Positions 52,658 to 64,000 of a DNA stretch of 64,000 nucleotides are shown here, piece by piece (position 1 is the stretch's first letter; every line of letters begins with the position of its first letter). Below the pieces are notes generated by a model that saw nothing but the letters and a program-made list of their open reading frames with translations, made no database searches and was not told where the DNA came from. A program made the position numbers and the translations under genes. Origin of the DNA: Macrostomum lignano (taxonomy: Eukaryota); contig NIVC01000491.1 in the NCBI GenBank assembly GCA_002269645.1, positions 248,001 through 312,000 on the forward strand. Direction: 5' to 3'.

Positions 52658-55600
52658 ATGCCAAGCACTTTGTCTGCTACTACCCAGCCTTGAACTGAAA
52701 CTGGCTCAACCACCTCAGGCGGCCAGGCCCAACCTGTCCCTGGACGATGTTTGCCAGCCCAAGAACATCCCATGGCTCATCCGGTTCCTTTGGGCCACCA
52801 AGCGAGCCTCCATCTTCTCCACCGAAGACAACGATGCAGACAGGACTGGCAGACCTCCCTGACCGGCCCCGCGCCCTAGCCTATGCAGGCCTTTCAGGGA
52901 TTAGTGGAATGGGCGTCGCTTGCCTGTCGCCTCCATGCTGCATCTTCGGACTGCCCTGCAGCTAAGTCAAGTAAGTCAATAGGTCATAGACACACTAGAT
53001 GACGAAATGACTAGGAACCGGGGCTGTGTAGCCACTGAGCCCCTGTCCGTCTGCACTGGCGGAACTGCCACTGCGTGCCTATTTCGATTAGGGATATGCC
53101 GTATTGATAAAAATTGATACGTATAGGCTAATTATAATATTATCATAGGCCCCCTAATCATACCCATGATGGCTATGAATATAATATACACAACAAAAAA
53201 TATAGACCCAGTAGTATAGTGTGGCAGATTAGTAAAAGCTGACCTGTGTCGTTTTAAATTCCATATTTTACGTTTACCAAATGAACTGTTAATAAACTTT
53301 GAAGCGTGCGAACAAGATTATGAAGAGCGTGGAGCCGCTCCGCATTGAGGAAAAGGGAGAATCCTTTTCAAAAATTAATCAGTTAAAAGGCAAATTTAGT
53401 ATTTTCTAATAAAATTTTTTCAAAACAAAGAAAAAAATTAGGAAAAGTAAAACATTTATAGTTTTTTAATTACATTTTTAAGCATTATAAAATTGCTTTG
53501 TTTCACTTTTTGTAATTATAAACGGAAATTTTAAATATCCTTTCATGCGTCACGCAGCTCGGCCCGCGCCCGCAACCAACCCTTATTATTCTTACTTCAC
53601 TACTTGTTCTACATGCTTGAGTAGGCCTAGTCCTCGTGCTTGCATGCAGCTTGAATGAGTGAGTTAGTGAGAGAGTGAATGCATGAACTTTTCGCATATC
53701 ATCTTAAAATCGCACCATGAAAGTGAGCATAGGCCATAGGGTAGGGTGCGATTTGGATCATTTAGCACCTTGTTTTTGGCGAAAAAGAAAACCCTGATCC
53801 CTATTTGCTGAATCTAGTCCATTTTTGTAATTTGGTAATTACTTGGGTAATAACCTTTTGGTCCTTTTTGATAATAACTATTTTGGTGACAGACAATAAG
53901 ACCTTGGCTTGGACTAATATGATATTGATAACATAGCTCTATTATTGTTAACATTGTCATTGGTGTAAGACCAAGATGGCCACACACCAAGATGGCCACA
54001 ACATTGAATATTTATTATATCTACTCTCTTTTTCTATCTACTATTAATTAGCAATATAATATAGCCCCCCCCTATTAAATTATTTTTGTTTAATCAATTT
54101 TAGGCCTATTCATAATTCATAAATACTGATACAATAATAGATTTGAAACTAATTAGGCCTAATTAGGCCTATAATACAAAACCTTTATTTTTTTAGTGTT
54201 TGTGCCAATTTATTCTCTATCATTACATCTATCATATCTATTACAATCTGTTTATTAAAAAATGATTGCTAATGGTAATGCTAGCTATGCAAATAATTAG
54301 GATAAGTATGTAAATGTCATAGGGTAGGCCTTTTTATTTTGTGCTAGGTTACTTGTTTCATATAGTGGACAAATAGGTAGGCCCCTATAAGTTAGGCTAC
54401 AATAAAAGCTAGGCCTAAGTCCAAAAGGAATGATTATATAATACAATTCTATTATATCTATTTTCCTAATTATTAAAAAAGGATAAGAGTTAAATATATG
54501 TATCTCATCTTATTATTATCTATTTAGACAGTTAGAGCTATGGCCATCTTGGTATGTGACCATCTTGGTCATGTGCCTTGTCATTAGTCTTAGGCCTACA
54601 CTTGTAAGAATACTGGAGAATTTTTTAGCTGGATCTATCTTTAGCAGAAAAGAATGTCATCATTACAATTTTCATGTCTAATAGGCCAACAAAAAGTTAT
54701 AATGAAAAAGCATATAAGAGGTATATAAAACATTTGTATAGTCTTTATAATTATAATTTTCAATGATTACTAGGCCTATTCCTTTGATTTACAATCATTT
54801 TTCCACCCACATTTCAGTTTAGGATCCCCATGTAAATTTCTACTTTAGTAATAATGGCCTATTCAAAAATTGAAAAAAAAAACTAGGCCTAGGCATATCT
54901 GCATATTTGGTTCATTAAAGAAACTGAATTAAAATAGAAGATCTAGTGACTTGACTCTTGTGTCTAATGTCTTATATATCTATTTTGGTTCAGTTAAATT
55001 CATAATTATTTACATATATTGTTTCCATTTATATGATCATAAACCAAAGTGGGTATATAACTAATATAAGATTATCTTTATGGATTTGTCAATGGATTTG
55101 GAACTAGGGACCTATAAAATTGATCACTAAAACCTTTTTATACATGTTAATAAAATATAATGTTATAATGGATAACTAAAAAAAACATACATGCGCAACA
55201 GTCAGCCAATCTGGCCAACCGATTTGGCGGCCAATCAATGAAATCACAAAAATGCCCACTAAAAAATACCAAAGTAGTAGTACTAAGTAGCTGACGAGGC
55301 ATTTTGACTTAATAAAACATTTTTTACATGTAAGTTGCATTTTTGCCAAAAACTACATCGCATTTTTGTTAAAACTAAGTTGCATGGCCGACTGAATTTT
55401 GGAGGTTGCGCATGTATGAAAAAGAATAGGAGTGCTTGTCAATTGTTGCTTTGTGTTGGTTTTAAGTTGGTTTGTGTTGGCCACAATTTTGATAAAAACA
55501 ACATTGTCTTATCCCTCTCTAAGGGATAAGCTATCCCTCCCTGTCTTATCACTAATTTCAATGATCCTAAACCAAAGGAATGCCTAATGATTTATATGCA

Positions 55601-56926
55601 TAAATAGAAGGATTTTTTTGCTTCAAATTTGTTTAAATAAAGTATCTTACCAATTTTTCCTAAAAAGTTATTGGCATATACATAGTGACTAGCCTTGTTA
55701 TTTTCTTATAAGATTATACTAGGCCTTAGGCCAAACTTTTAATGCTCTTTGCGTCTTTGGCCACAAAAATGTAACTTTCCATGTTTATTTGACTGGTTGA
55801 AAACCATTTAATTGTAGCAATCACATTGTATCAAGAGCTAGCCTTTGAAGTATAATTGAAAAAAAGTTTGTTGAAAAAGTAAAGCACATTTTTAACCTTT
55901 TTGGCTATTTTGTTTTCTAGTGAAGAGGTGATAGCATGTTTTGAAAAAGGTAAAAAAATAGAAGGTTTAGTGATGCATACTCTGCATTCAATAAAAATAT
56001 AACCCAGATGTTAAAACAAGTAAATGTTAATGATTTTTTGTAACAGAGTTTGGGTATTAGCCATTTGCACCTTTTATTCATTGAAATATATACCATGGGA
56101 TGGTGGGTAAGTCAGCTGCATTAGTAGATTCTCTTCTGAGAAGTTGAAATTGTTATATCAATAGATCATCCAATATGAATTAATCTACTTTAGATTTGAT
56201 ATGCTTCTAACCAATAAACAAATAGACACTGAATCAGTCTTCTAAGTTCTAGAATCTAGTTAGCACTATCTTGTGAAAAAATTATGTCTTGTCTAGTCCT
56301 AGTCACCAGTTGATGTTTAAATATATCATAAAGAGGTGCCCCCAGTATCAGTAACTGGTATTGATCATTGATAGGATTTGACACTAGTGGTAAGTACTTA
56401 GTGTCCTATACTTACCATTGGTTACTTGCTTTACTCATATTTCTAGGCTTTAACACATTCTTCTGCTCAGGACATATTGTCTCACTCATGGCTGGCAAAT
56501 CTTCAAGAACATTTTAATATTCACAAACAAATCAGTTTGATTTGTCTAGTTTATGTAATAGGCTAGGATCTAGGTCAATGAAACAGACAGTTATGCAACC
56601 AGATAAAGGCTAACAGAAGCCAGTGTGTTCCCACACAGGTGTTGGGGATTGTTGATCCCCAATTGCACCCCTCCTACTAATCTGGCTGCGCTGTATGGTC
56701 GGTCATTTTTCCAGTGTATCTAAAAATAGAATGCCAGAGTGCCATTGAAAGTAAAGTGAAATCTGAATCTTTCCCCTTTAACCCTAATAGAAGAGATAGG
56801 CAGGCTCCCACGTTTTGCCATGGTAGATATAGATAAATGTGCACCTCTAAATGTACATTGTGAAATCTTTCCTATCCCTAGTCAATGTGCATTTCTTTCC
56901 TTCATGTTCGACCCTACTATCAAGCA

Positions 56927-59800
56927 ATGCCTGGCGCTAAAAAGCAACAGCAGCAGCAGCAAGACTACAGTCAGTTAAAACTGACCGAATTGCGAGAGCT
57001 TTGTCACAATCGCGGCATCAAAGTGTCCGGTAGGAAAAGCGAACTAATTGATCGATTAATTAATCTGGATTCGAACGGACTCGATTCGAACAATAGTTCG
57101 AATACTATTGCCGGGCATAGTAAGAAGAAGGCGGCAGCTGCAGCAGCAACAGATTCATTTGGCTTCAGCGTGGCTTACCGAGGCGCTCTGGTTGACTCCG
57201 GCGCCGGGGGCAGCGGCTCCGGCGGCTTTGACAGCTCATCAACGGCCACCATGGAAAGCAACGATCATTTGTCTCGAACCGAGTCGCAGTTTCAACTACG
57301 CCAGCTGGCTAAAGAACGCGAACGAGCCGAACGGGACCGATTAGTACTGTGGCGCCGTCCATTTGCTACAGTTTACTATGCACTGTTGGAGTGCAATTTT
57401 CTATTGACTAATTTGATTATACGGCTGTGGCATAATCGGCTGAGGGTAGGCCTAGTTGCTCTACTGCTCATGGCTCTGGCCGGTCTGAGACATGTTGAAG
57501 GTCCGCATCGTCGGTATTTGGACATCGTCGAAGACACTGGACTGTGGTGCTCCTGGTGGATCTGGCTCGGGATCTTGTCTAGTGTCGGCTTAGGCACCGG
57601 CCTGCACACGTTTCTCATCTATTTGGGCCCGCATATCGCCCGGGTTACACTGGCCGCTTACGAGTGTCGCACTTTGGACTTTCCTCAGCCGCCATATCCT
57701 GCCGAGATTGGCTGTCCTAGCGAGACTGTGCCAGATACAGTGCTGGCGCCTTCTATATGGGCCATCTTGTCTAAGGTATCTTCAACTGCCTTCTCAAATC
57801 CTCAAAAATCCTCTCTGCCTTCTCAAATTCTCACAGATCCTCTCCTGTCTTCTCAAATCCTCACAGATCCTCTCCTGCCTTCCCAAGTCCTCACAAATCT
57901 TCTCTGCTTTCTCAAATCCCCACAGATCCTATCCTACCTTCTCAAATCCTCACAGATCCTATCCTACCTTCTCAAATCCTCACAGATCCTATCCTACCTT
58001 CTCAAATCCTCACAGATCCTATCCTACCTTCTCAAATCGTCACAGATCCTATCCTACCTTCTCAAATCCTCACAGATCCTATACTGCCTTCTCAAATCCT
58101 TACAGATCCTCTCCTGCCTTATCAAATCCTCACAGATCCTCTCCTGCCTTTCCAAGTCCTCACAAATCTTCTCTGCTTTCTCAAATCCTCACAGATCCTA
58201 TCCTACCTTCTCAAATCCTCACAGATCCTATCCTACCTTCTCAAATCCTCACAGATCCTATCCTACCTTCTCAAATCCTCACAGATCCTATCCTACCTTC
58301 TCAAATCCTCACAGATCCTATACTGCCTTCTCAAATCCTTACAGATCCTCTTCTGCCTTCTCAAATCCACACAGATTATCAGGATAGGATCTGCCTTCTC
58401 GTAAATCCTAAGTTGGGATCCTAATCCGATTGCAAAAATCCGCAGGTCCGACTCGAGGCGTTCAGCTGGGGCGCTGGCACGGCCATTGGCGAATTGCCGC
58501 CCTACTTTCTTGCCCGAGCTGCCCGACTGTCCGGCATGGATCCGGACAGCGAAGAGCTGGACGAGTTAGAGGAGCTGCTGCACGAGCAGCGACATCTGGC
58601 CCGGTCGCCGGCTGCTAAAACCCAGTTGCCGTTTAGTACTCGAGTCAAGCTGCTTGTAAGCTGAACTGTGGTTGCTGTTAGTAAATTTGGGATTATTGAT
58701 GAAGGATAAAGACTTCAGGAGCATTGTCCCTCTCTGTGAATCTCCATTCAGGACAAAGACTTCAGAAACCCCCCTTTGAGAATATCCCTTCAGGACAAAG
58801 ACTTCAGAAACCCCCCTTGAGAATCTCCTTTTGGGATAAAGACTTCAGAAACACGCCTCTGAGAATCTCCCTTCGGGATAAAGACTTCAGGAACATTGCC
58901 CCCTCCCCTTTGAGAATCTTCCTTCAGGATAAAGACTTCAGGAACATTGCCCCTCCCCTTTGAGAATCTTCCTTTAGGATAAAGACTTCAGGAACATTGC
59001 CCCTCCCCTTTGAGAATCTTCCTTTAGGATAAAGACTTCAGGAACATTGCCCCCCTTTGAGAATCTCCCTTCAGGATAAAGAGTTCAGGAACATTCCCCC
59101 CTCCCCTTGAGAATCTCCCTTCAGAATAGACTTCAGGAACATTGCCTCCTCAGAGAATTTCCTTTCATAATGCTTCATCTAGAAAATCGCTCTTAATGCA
59201 AATCTATATAAATTGTTAGTTTTTAAGCATGCTTTGAACAATATCCTTATATACCTCAATTTCGAATCCCCACAGGTGCACAACCTTGTTCAGCGCCTCG
59301 GCTTCTGGGGCATCCTGCTGTGCGCCTCGATCCCAAATCCTCTATTCGATCTAGCCGGCATCACATGCGGTCATTTTCTAATCCCATTTCAAACATTCTT
59401 CTTTGCCACCCTAATTGGCAAAGCTGTGATTAAAATGCACCTACAGATGCTGTTTGTTGTGTTTGCATTCTCGCCGCATCTGGTTGAACGCTTGGCCACC
59501 TGGATTGGCGGGGCGCCATTGTTTGGCCAGTTCATGCAGTCGCTGATTCGCGACCTGCTAGAGAAACAGCGTCGGTCGCTTCATCGTCCAGCTGGTGGAG
59601 AGGCCGCAGCTGCAGCGGCAGCCTCCAGCGGTAGCGCCGGTCGCAGCCTCCTACAGCAGGGCTTTGAGCTACTGGTTGCTGGCATGATCCTGTACTTTCT
59701 AGTGTCAATTGTTAATTCCTTTGCTCAGAGCTACTACAAACGGCAATACCATCGGGACAAGGCGGTACGACGAGCTGAAGAGACGGCTAAGTTCTACTGA
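56927..59800 (+). CDS. VMP1: Vacuole membrane protein 1 (TMEM49) with N-terminal SAP domain; exons 56927-57775, 58446-58655, 59276-59800 (~527 aa)
   Basis: [32 protein letters not shown]|[44 protein letters not shown]; phase-0 GT-AG introns. The start could be the in-frame ATG at 56885. Confidence 0.93.
57780..58400. repeat. 30-bp minisatellite in VMP1 intron 1
   Basis: tctcaaatcctcacagatcctatcctacct repeats. Confidence 0.92.
58700..59160. repeat. ~41-43-bp minisatellite in VMP1 intron 2
   Basis: aggataaagacttcaggaacattgcccctcccctttgagaatc repeats. Confidence 0.88.
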
Positions 59801-60639
59801 TTGATTCGATTGATTTAATAATGAAACAGTGACAATAAAGGCTAAAAAGTAGTTGCAAACAGCTCACTAGTGACTCTTTGGCGACTTGTACCGAGACTTC
59901 TCATCGTTTAGAGTCGTTTAAAGTCAATCCTTTCTAATTTTACCCGTGGGACGCTTCTAGGTACAGTTTTCTAGGTACATATAGGTACAGTTTTCATTGC
60001 GGTTGGGTAGCATACCCAACAAGGTAAAAAAAACCCTTCAAATCAATGTAGGTCCATGGTATGGAAGAGAAACTATTTAGAAAAATATGAGAGATAAGGA
60101 AATAACCTCTTGGTCCAAATTATAAAGGTCTTTCCTTTTCTTATTTACAAATCGTTGAAAACTGTTCTCTCCCTTGTACCTGGCACAGTGAAATTCCAAA
60201 GTCCAGTTGCTTTTCGATTAGCTGGTTCTGTTTTGTGTTTGCTTTATTTCCTAGCGTCAAGTATGAGAAAATCACTTTCATCGTTTGCAAAAGAATTTCT
60301 GTGTGGAATTCAGTTTTTGTTTTGTCATTATATTTCTTTAATTCTAAACTTTTCGATTAAAATATACGTGCATTGTCACCTAGTTCGAACGATTTTACTA
60401 GTTTCCTAATTTTTTGAGTTCCTTGCTTTTTGTGTCTTTATTATCTGACTAGTTTTGTCGCAATCGTTCCGAAGTAGTCATTAAAAGCTAGTTAAGCTAT
60501 CTCGAGAATATTGCAAGTGACATTCTAACACCTAACTATAGTTTTATGTGTAGCATTCCAACCTTAGTCGTGTCATGTCTTAACTTTGAATTTTGTCACT
60601 TTCTGTTGTGAATCGCTTTTAAGATGGTTCGTTGAGCAC

Positions 60640-60860
60640 AAACAGCCTCCAACATCCTTATAGAAGGGCCTCCAAAGTCCTTATAGAATGGCCTCCAACA
60701 TCCTTATTGAATCGCCTCCAACATCCTCATAGAATCGCCTCCAACATCCTTATAGAATCGCCTCCAACATCCTTATAGAATGCCCCCCCCCCCAAATTTT
60801 TATTGAATCGCCTCCAACATCCTTATAGAATCGCCCCCAACATCCTTATAGTATCGTTTA
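60640..60860. repeat. 23-bp minisatellite (cgcctccaacatccttatagaat)
   Basis: Tandem periodicity. Confidence 0.88.
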
Positions 60861-63599
60861 CAACGTCACCCTTAAAAAGGTTTATTTTGAATTGCTAAAA
60901 TTTTCCCGAAACATTTGATACATTTGGCTCATCAATTGCTTTTAACTCGGCCGTTTCTTATGCTACTGATGCCACCATTAGCATAAAGTTCATAATGTTC
61001 TATCAAAAATTATTTGATATGCATTTGCTGTTAATTGTTTTCGGTAGTTATAAAATTTGATTTTACTTTCAAGTTTGATCTCTCTTACTATTGCTTTTCT
61101 ATGAGTAGTCTGTTATGATTTATCTTTGCCTCATTACATTCATTATTACAGCGATCCAATAGCAATTGATTGTGTGATGAATAACTTGTGCCATTTGTTT
61201 ATCCGCTCAAAAATTAGTTAACGTCTGATGCAATCCGTCATTCATTACGTACGAGCGTATATATTTGCACATGGGCTGTAACTGAGTCAGTCAGAAAAGA
61301 AATACGCGTTATTTATTTTCTTTGGCCGGTAATGGTTTCATTTTTGCTTACTTATAATTACAGGTCAAAGCCTTCTAATTGTTATAATATCTATGTACAC
61401 TTAACTGAGTATGTTTTAAGTGTTACTCATTAGCTTCAATTTTATTAGTAAAATAATACACGTGCTTAGCAGAATGCTTATGCGTTACTTCAGCATGATA
61501 TTTAATATTTTAATTCGCTCAGAATCGACTATGCCAAAGTTGTTTTCTTGCTTTTTATCTCCCTCCCTCCCTAACAACACTTTAACTCGTTGATAAAATA
61601 AACGGGACTTTGCACCGAATCAATGAATGGTTCTTTTGGCCATAGACATTTTAAATGGACAAGTGAACTTAAAACATCGATTCTATCAATCAAGTCTTTC
61701 TATTTTTAGAACTCTTTTTACACGTATAACTTTTTCCGACCTCGATTTGTTGTCTATGGTTGAAAGGCAATGATGTCCTGCATGTTAGGCTTGCCTCGGG
61801 GGGGAGGGGGAATGCGGCTGGCTTCTTAAGACTTAGAGCATAGTAGCAGCATAAAACAAAACAATGGGCAATGCTTCGCCAATTACTCATTATCGACATA
61901 GTCAGCTTCAAGGCCTGGCCTTGCTTCAATCGGAATCAGTAATTATCGTTGACAAACGGGAAGGCTATTCTTTCCCTACTAATAGTAAGCCTCGAGCAAA
62001 AGTAGAGGCATCAACAGGTAGAGAAAGTCGCTGCGTTGTTGTCAATGACGATCACCTGTTCCCAGACGCTGTAACTCCTAGCAAAGTTGATGTTAATCTG
62101 TGCGAAACCTACGACGTGCCGTATATGGACGATGATTGTTTCATACTGGACGAGTGTTGGTATATCACGGATGACAGCAGACTGACCTGCCTTCGCGGCG
62201 GAGAGTGATCAGGTCTGGACTAACATTTAACTACAATAATAATAGAAGTTGTTGAGTTAGACCTTTCTTGTTCCTGCTTAACCTTAAAATAGTTACAAGT
62301 AGTGCAACTTATACAATTTTCGCTACCAAATTCGTTGGTCAATTAAAGAACAAAATAACCCAAATTATAACCTGAACTCCCACCTCCACCTTGCATGAAT
62401 GTTTGAACTTTCTGTAACTCGTCAGTTCCTCGATCTATAACTTTGCTCTTGAATAACTTTTTCTACATGTACATGAGGCACAAACCTTGAGCAGACTTTG
62501 ATTGCGTATTGAGAAGTTTCAAAAGAAGTTCGCACACCAGGTTGGCATTTGCGACCTGTAGCTGTTTCGTTTCATTAAGAGGACTTAAGCACTTTCATAA
62601 CTAGAATAACTATATATATACCGTTGTAACATTTCATAAGGCCTATTAAAAACTCATATGAAATAGACATTATATGTAGGCATGGCTGTTATAGTTATTC
62701 AAATATTAGTTTTACGTTCACATAATTCACTGCATATTTGCCATAATAGTTCTCGCGTATAGATATTTTTAGATTAGTAAATAACCTTTCAAGCCGGGTT
62801 TTTCGATAGCTATACAATGTACGGGGCTCGTACATTTAAACTGTGTTGTACAGACCCCGTCAGTGGCTATTCCACGGAAAATCCATGGAAGAATTGAACC
62901 TTCCTCGTTTCTACATGTACATTCTGTAGTAAATTTGATTCCTTATCTGATCGCTCTCTGGTTCAGCTAAGGATAAAATACGCGCGTGTTGATAGAAGAT
63001 AGATGGTTGATAGATGGTTGGTAGAAGAGTTGTAGTCTTCGCAAACTAACTACTCTTCACAAAAACATGGTAGACAAGCAAATAACAAAGCAGGAAATGA
63101 ACTTAAAAGTTCCTGGGAATTCGGCCATCATCTCGGAGAAGTACAATTGCTGCTCAACAGAGTACACTGGACTTTCACTTTCAAGATTAAACTGGATTCG
63201 TTCTAAATGCTCCAGATTGTTCAAGCTTTGCAAACGCAGGTTCAGCAAGTGCCACCGCACGATCTGGGACCACAACTTGTTCGACTCTTCAATTTTCATA
63301 TTGTCATATTTGATTGACAGCTTCCGACACAGAATTAAAAATACTGTTCATTTCAATGTAAATATACTGCAGCAAAAAGTATTCAAAACCTTTTAATGTA
63401 TACATCGGATTTTCTCTCGAACGAGTCTGTCTATGGCCAAACCCCCAGTGCAGCGAGCGCTATTGCGTATCTGGAGTGGAAAGAGAAAAGAAAGGACGAT
63501 ATGTCGTTGAAGGCGTTGCACCAGGGTGCACCCACAACCGTCCTGTAGTAGACTCTCCGAACCAGTGGCGTGTACACAGAAATTTTATTCAGAGGGCGC

Positions 63600-64000
63600 C
63601 GCAAATTTTAGGGGCGTCGTGGTGGGCGCCCTTGTCTGTTGGTGGGCGCCCCTGTCTTTTGATTAGCGCCCCTGTCAGTTGGTGGGCGCCCCTGTCACTT
63701 GGTGGGCGCCCCTGTCTATTAATGGGCGCCCCTGTCTCTTAATGGGCGCCTCTATTTCTTGGTGGGCGCCCCTATCACTTAATGGGCGCCCCTGTCTATT
63801 AGTGGGCGCCCCTGTCTCTTGGTGAGCGCCCCTGTTTCTTGGTGGGCGCCCCTATCTCTTGGTGAGCGCCCCTGTCTCTTAGAGGGCGCCCCTGTCTATT
63901 AATGGGCGCCCCTGTCTCTTAATAGGCGCCTCTGTCTCTTGGTGGGCGCCCCTATCTCTTGGTGGGCGCCCCTGTCTCTTGGTGGGCGCCCCTGTCTCTT
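63600..64000. repeat. 20-bp minisatellite (gggcgcccctgtctcttggt), runs off the window end
   Basis: Tandem periodicity. Confidence 0.92.

Larger units (their letters stand above)
51461..52698 (+). pseudogene. Non-LTR retrotransposon ORF2 C-terminal remnant (CCHC knuckle), split by hAT-type insertions
   Basis: After removing 51560-52665 it reads FTGHGCFARYCFL*SAHQSKLCPFCNIKNKDAK|HFVCYYP, resembling the TGHG...CxxC...H...C tail of R1/I-type elements. Confidence 0.6.

Noticed and set aside
53960-54575. Paired CAAGATGGCC motifs in inverted orientation and many AGGCCT palindromes
   Set aside because: Probably a decayed non-autonomous transposon, but no ends or TSD could be defined.
36960-57060. 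Common origin of the gag SAP and the VMP1 SAP
   Set aside because: Only generic SAP consensus is shared, with no nucleotide similarity; proximity is probably coincidental.
57776-58424. 500-aa ORF 56885..58387 extending VMP1 with a repetitive tail
   Set aside because: Read-through into intron 1; splicing at 57775/58446 restores the conserved K|VRLEAF.
61690-63400. Short ORFs (61864..62208, 63057..63396) and an MQG..SS peptide hinting at a viral RdRp
   Set aside because: No other polymerase motifs, frames are interrupted, and no recognisable family.

Overview
Eukaryotic (animal) genomic DNA, AT-rich with minisatellite-filled spliceosomal introns. The style suggests a free-living flatworm such as Macrostomum, but that is a guess. 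The minus strand carries a co-directional run: a ~35-kb non-coding host gene with roughly 44 intronic box C/D snoRNA copies (SNORD32/34/35/36/47/95-like plus two orphan families), then SF3A2 (1-nt frameshift), a UGCG-like glycosyltransferase with substituted conserved residues, and a low-complexity ORF. The plus strand carries a VMP1/TMEM49 gene with an unexpected N-terminal SAP domain. Inside one host-gene intron is a nested insertion. The outer element is a DIRS/Ngaro-like retroelement (SAP+CCCH gag, A-AAA-AAC -1 frameshift, RT/RNaseH, no tyrosine recombinase). Its gag is split by a 10,099-bp Polinton/Maverick-like element with ~950-bp TIRs and a 6-bp TSD (CATCTT). This inner element encodes a 7-exon, ~1276-aa protein-primed PolB whose introns cut catalytic motifs A, B and C, a tandem PC4-like SSB candidate and one orphan gene, with no recognisable integrase, ATPase, protease or capsid. 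That spliced, capsid-less, integrase-less mini-Polinton is the strongest candidate for an undescribed system. Also present: a decayed mariner, a tRNA-derived SINE, nested hAT-type MITEs in a LINE remnant, and about 20 distinct tandem-repeat families.
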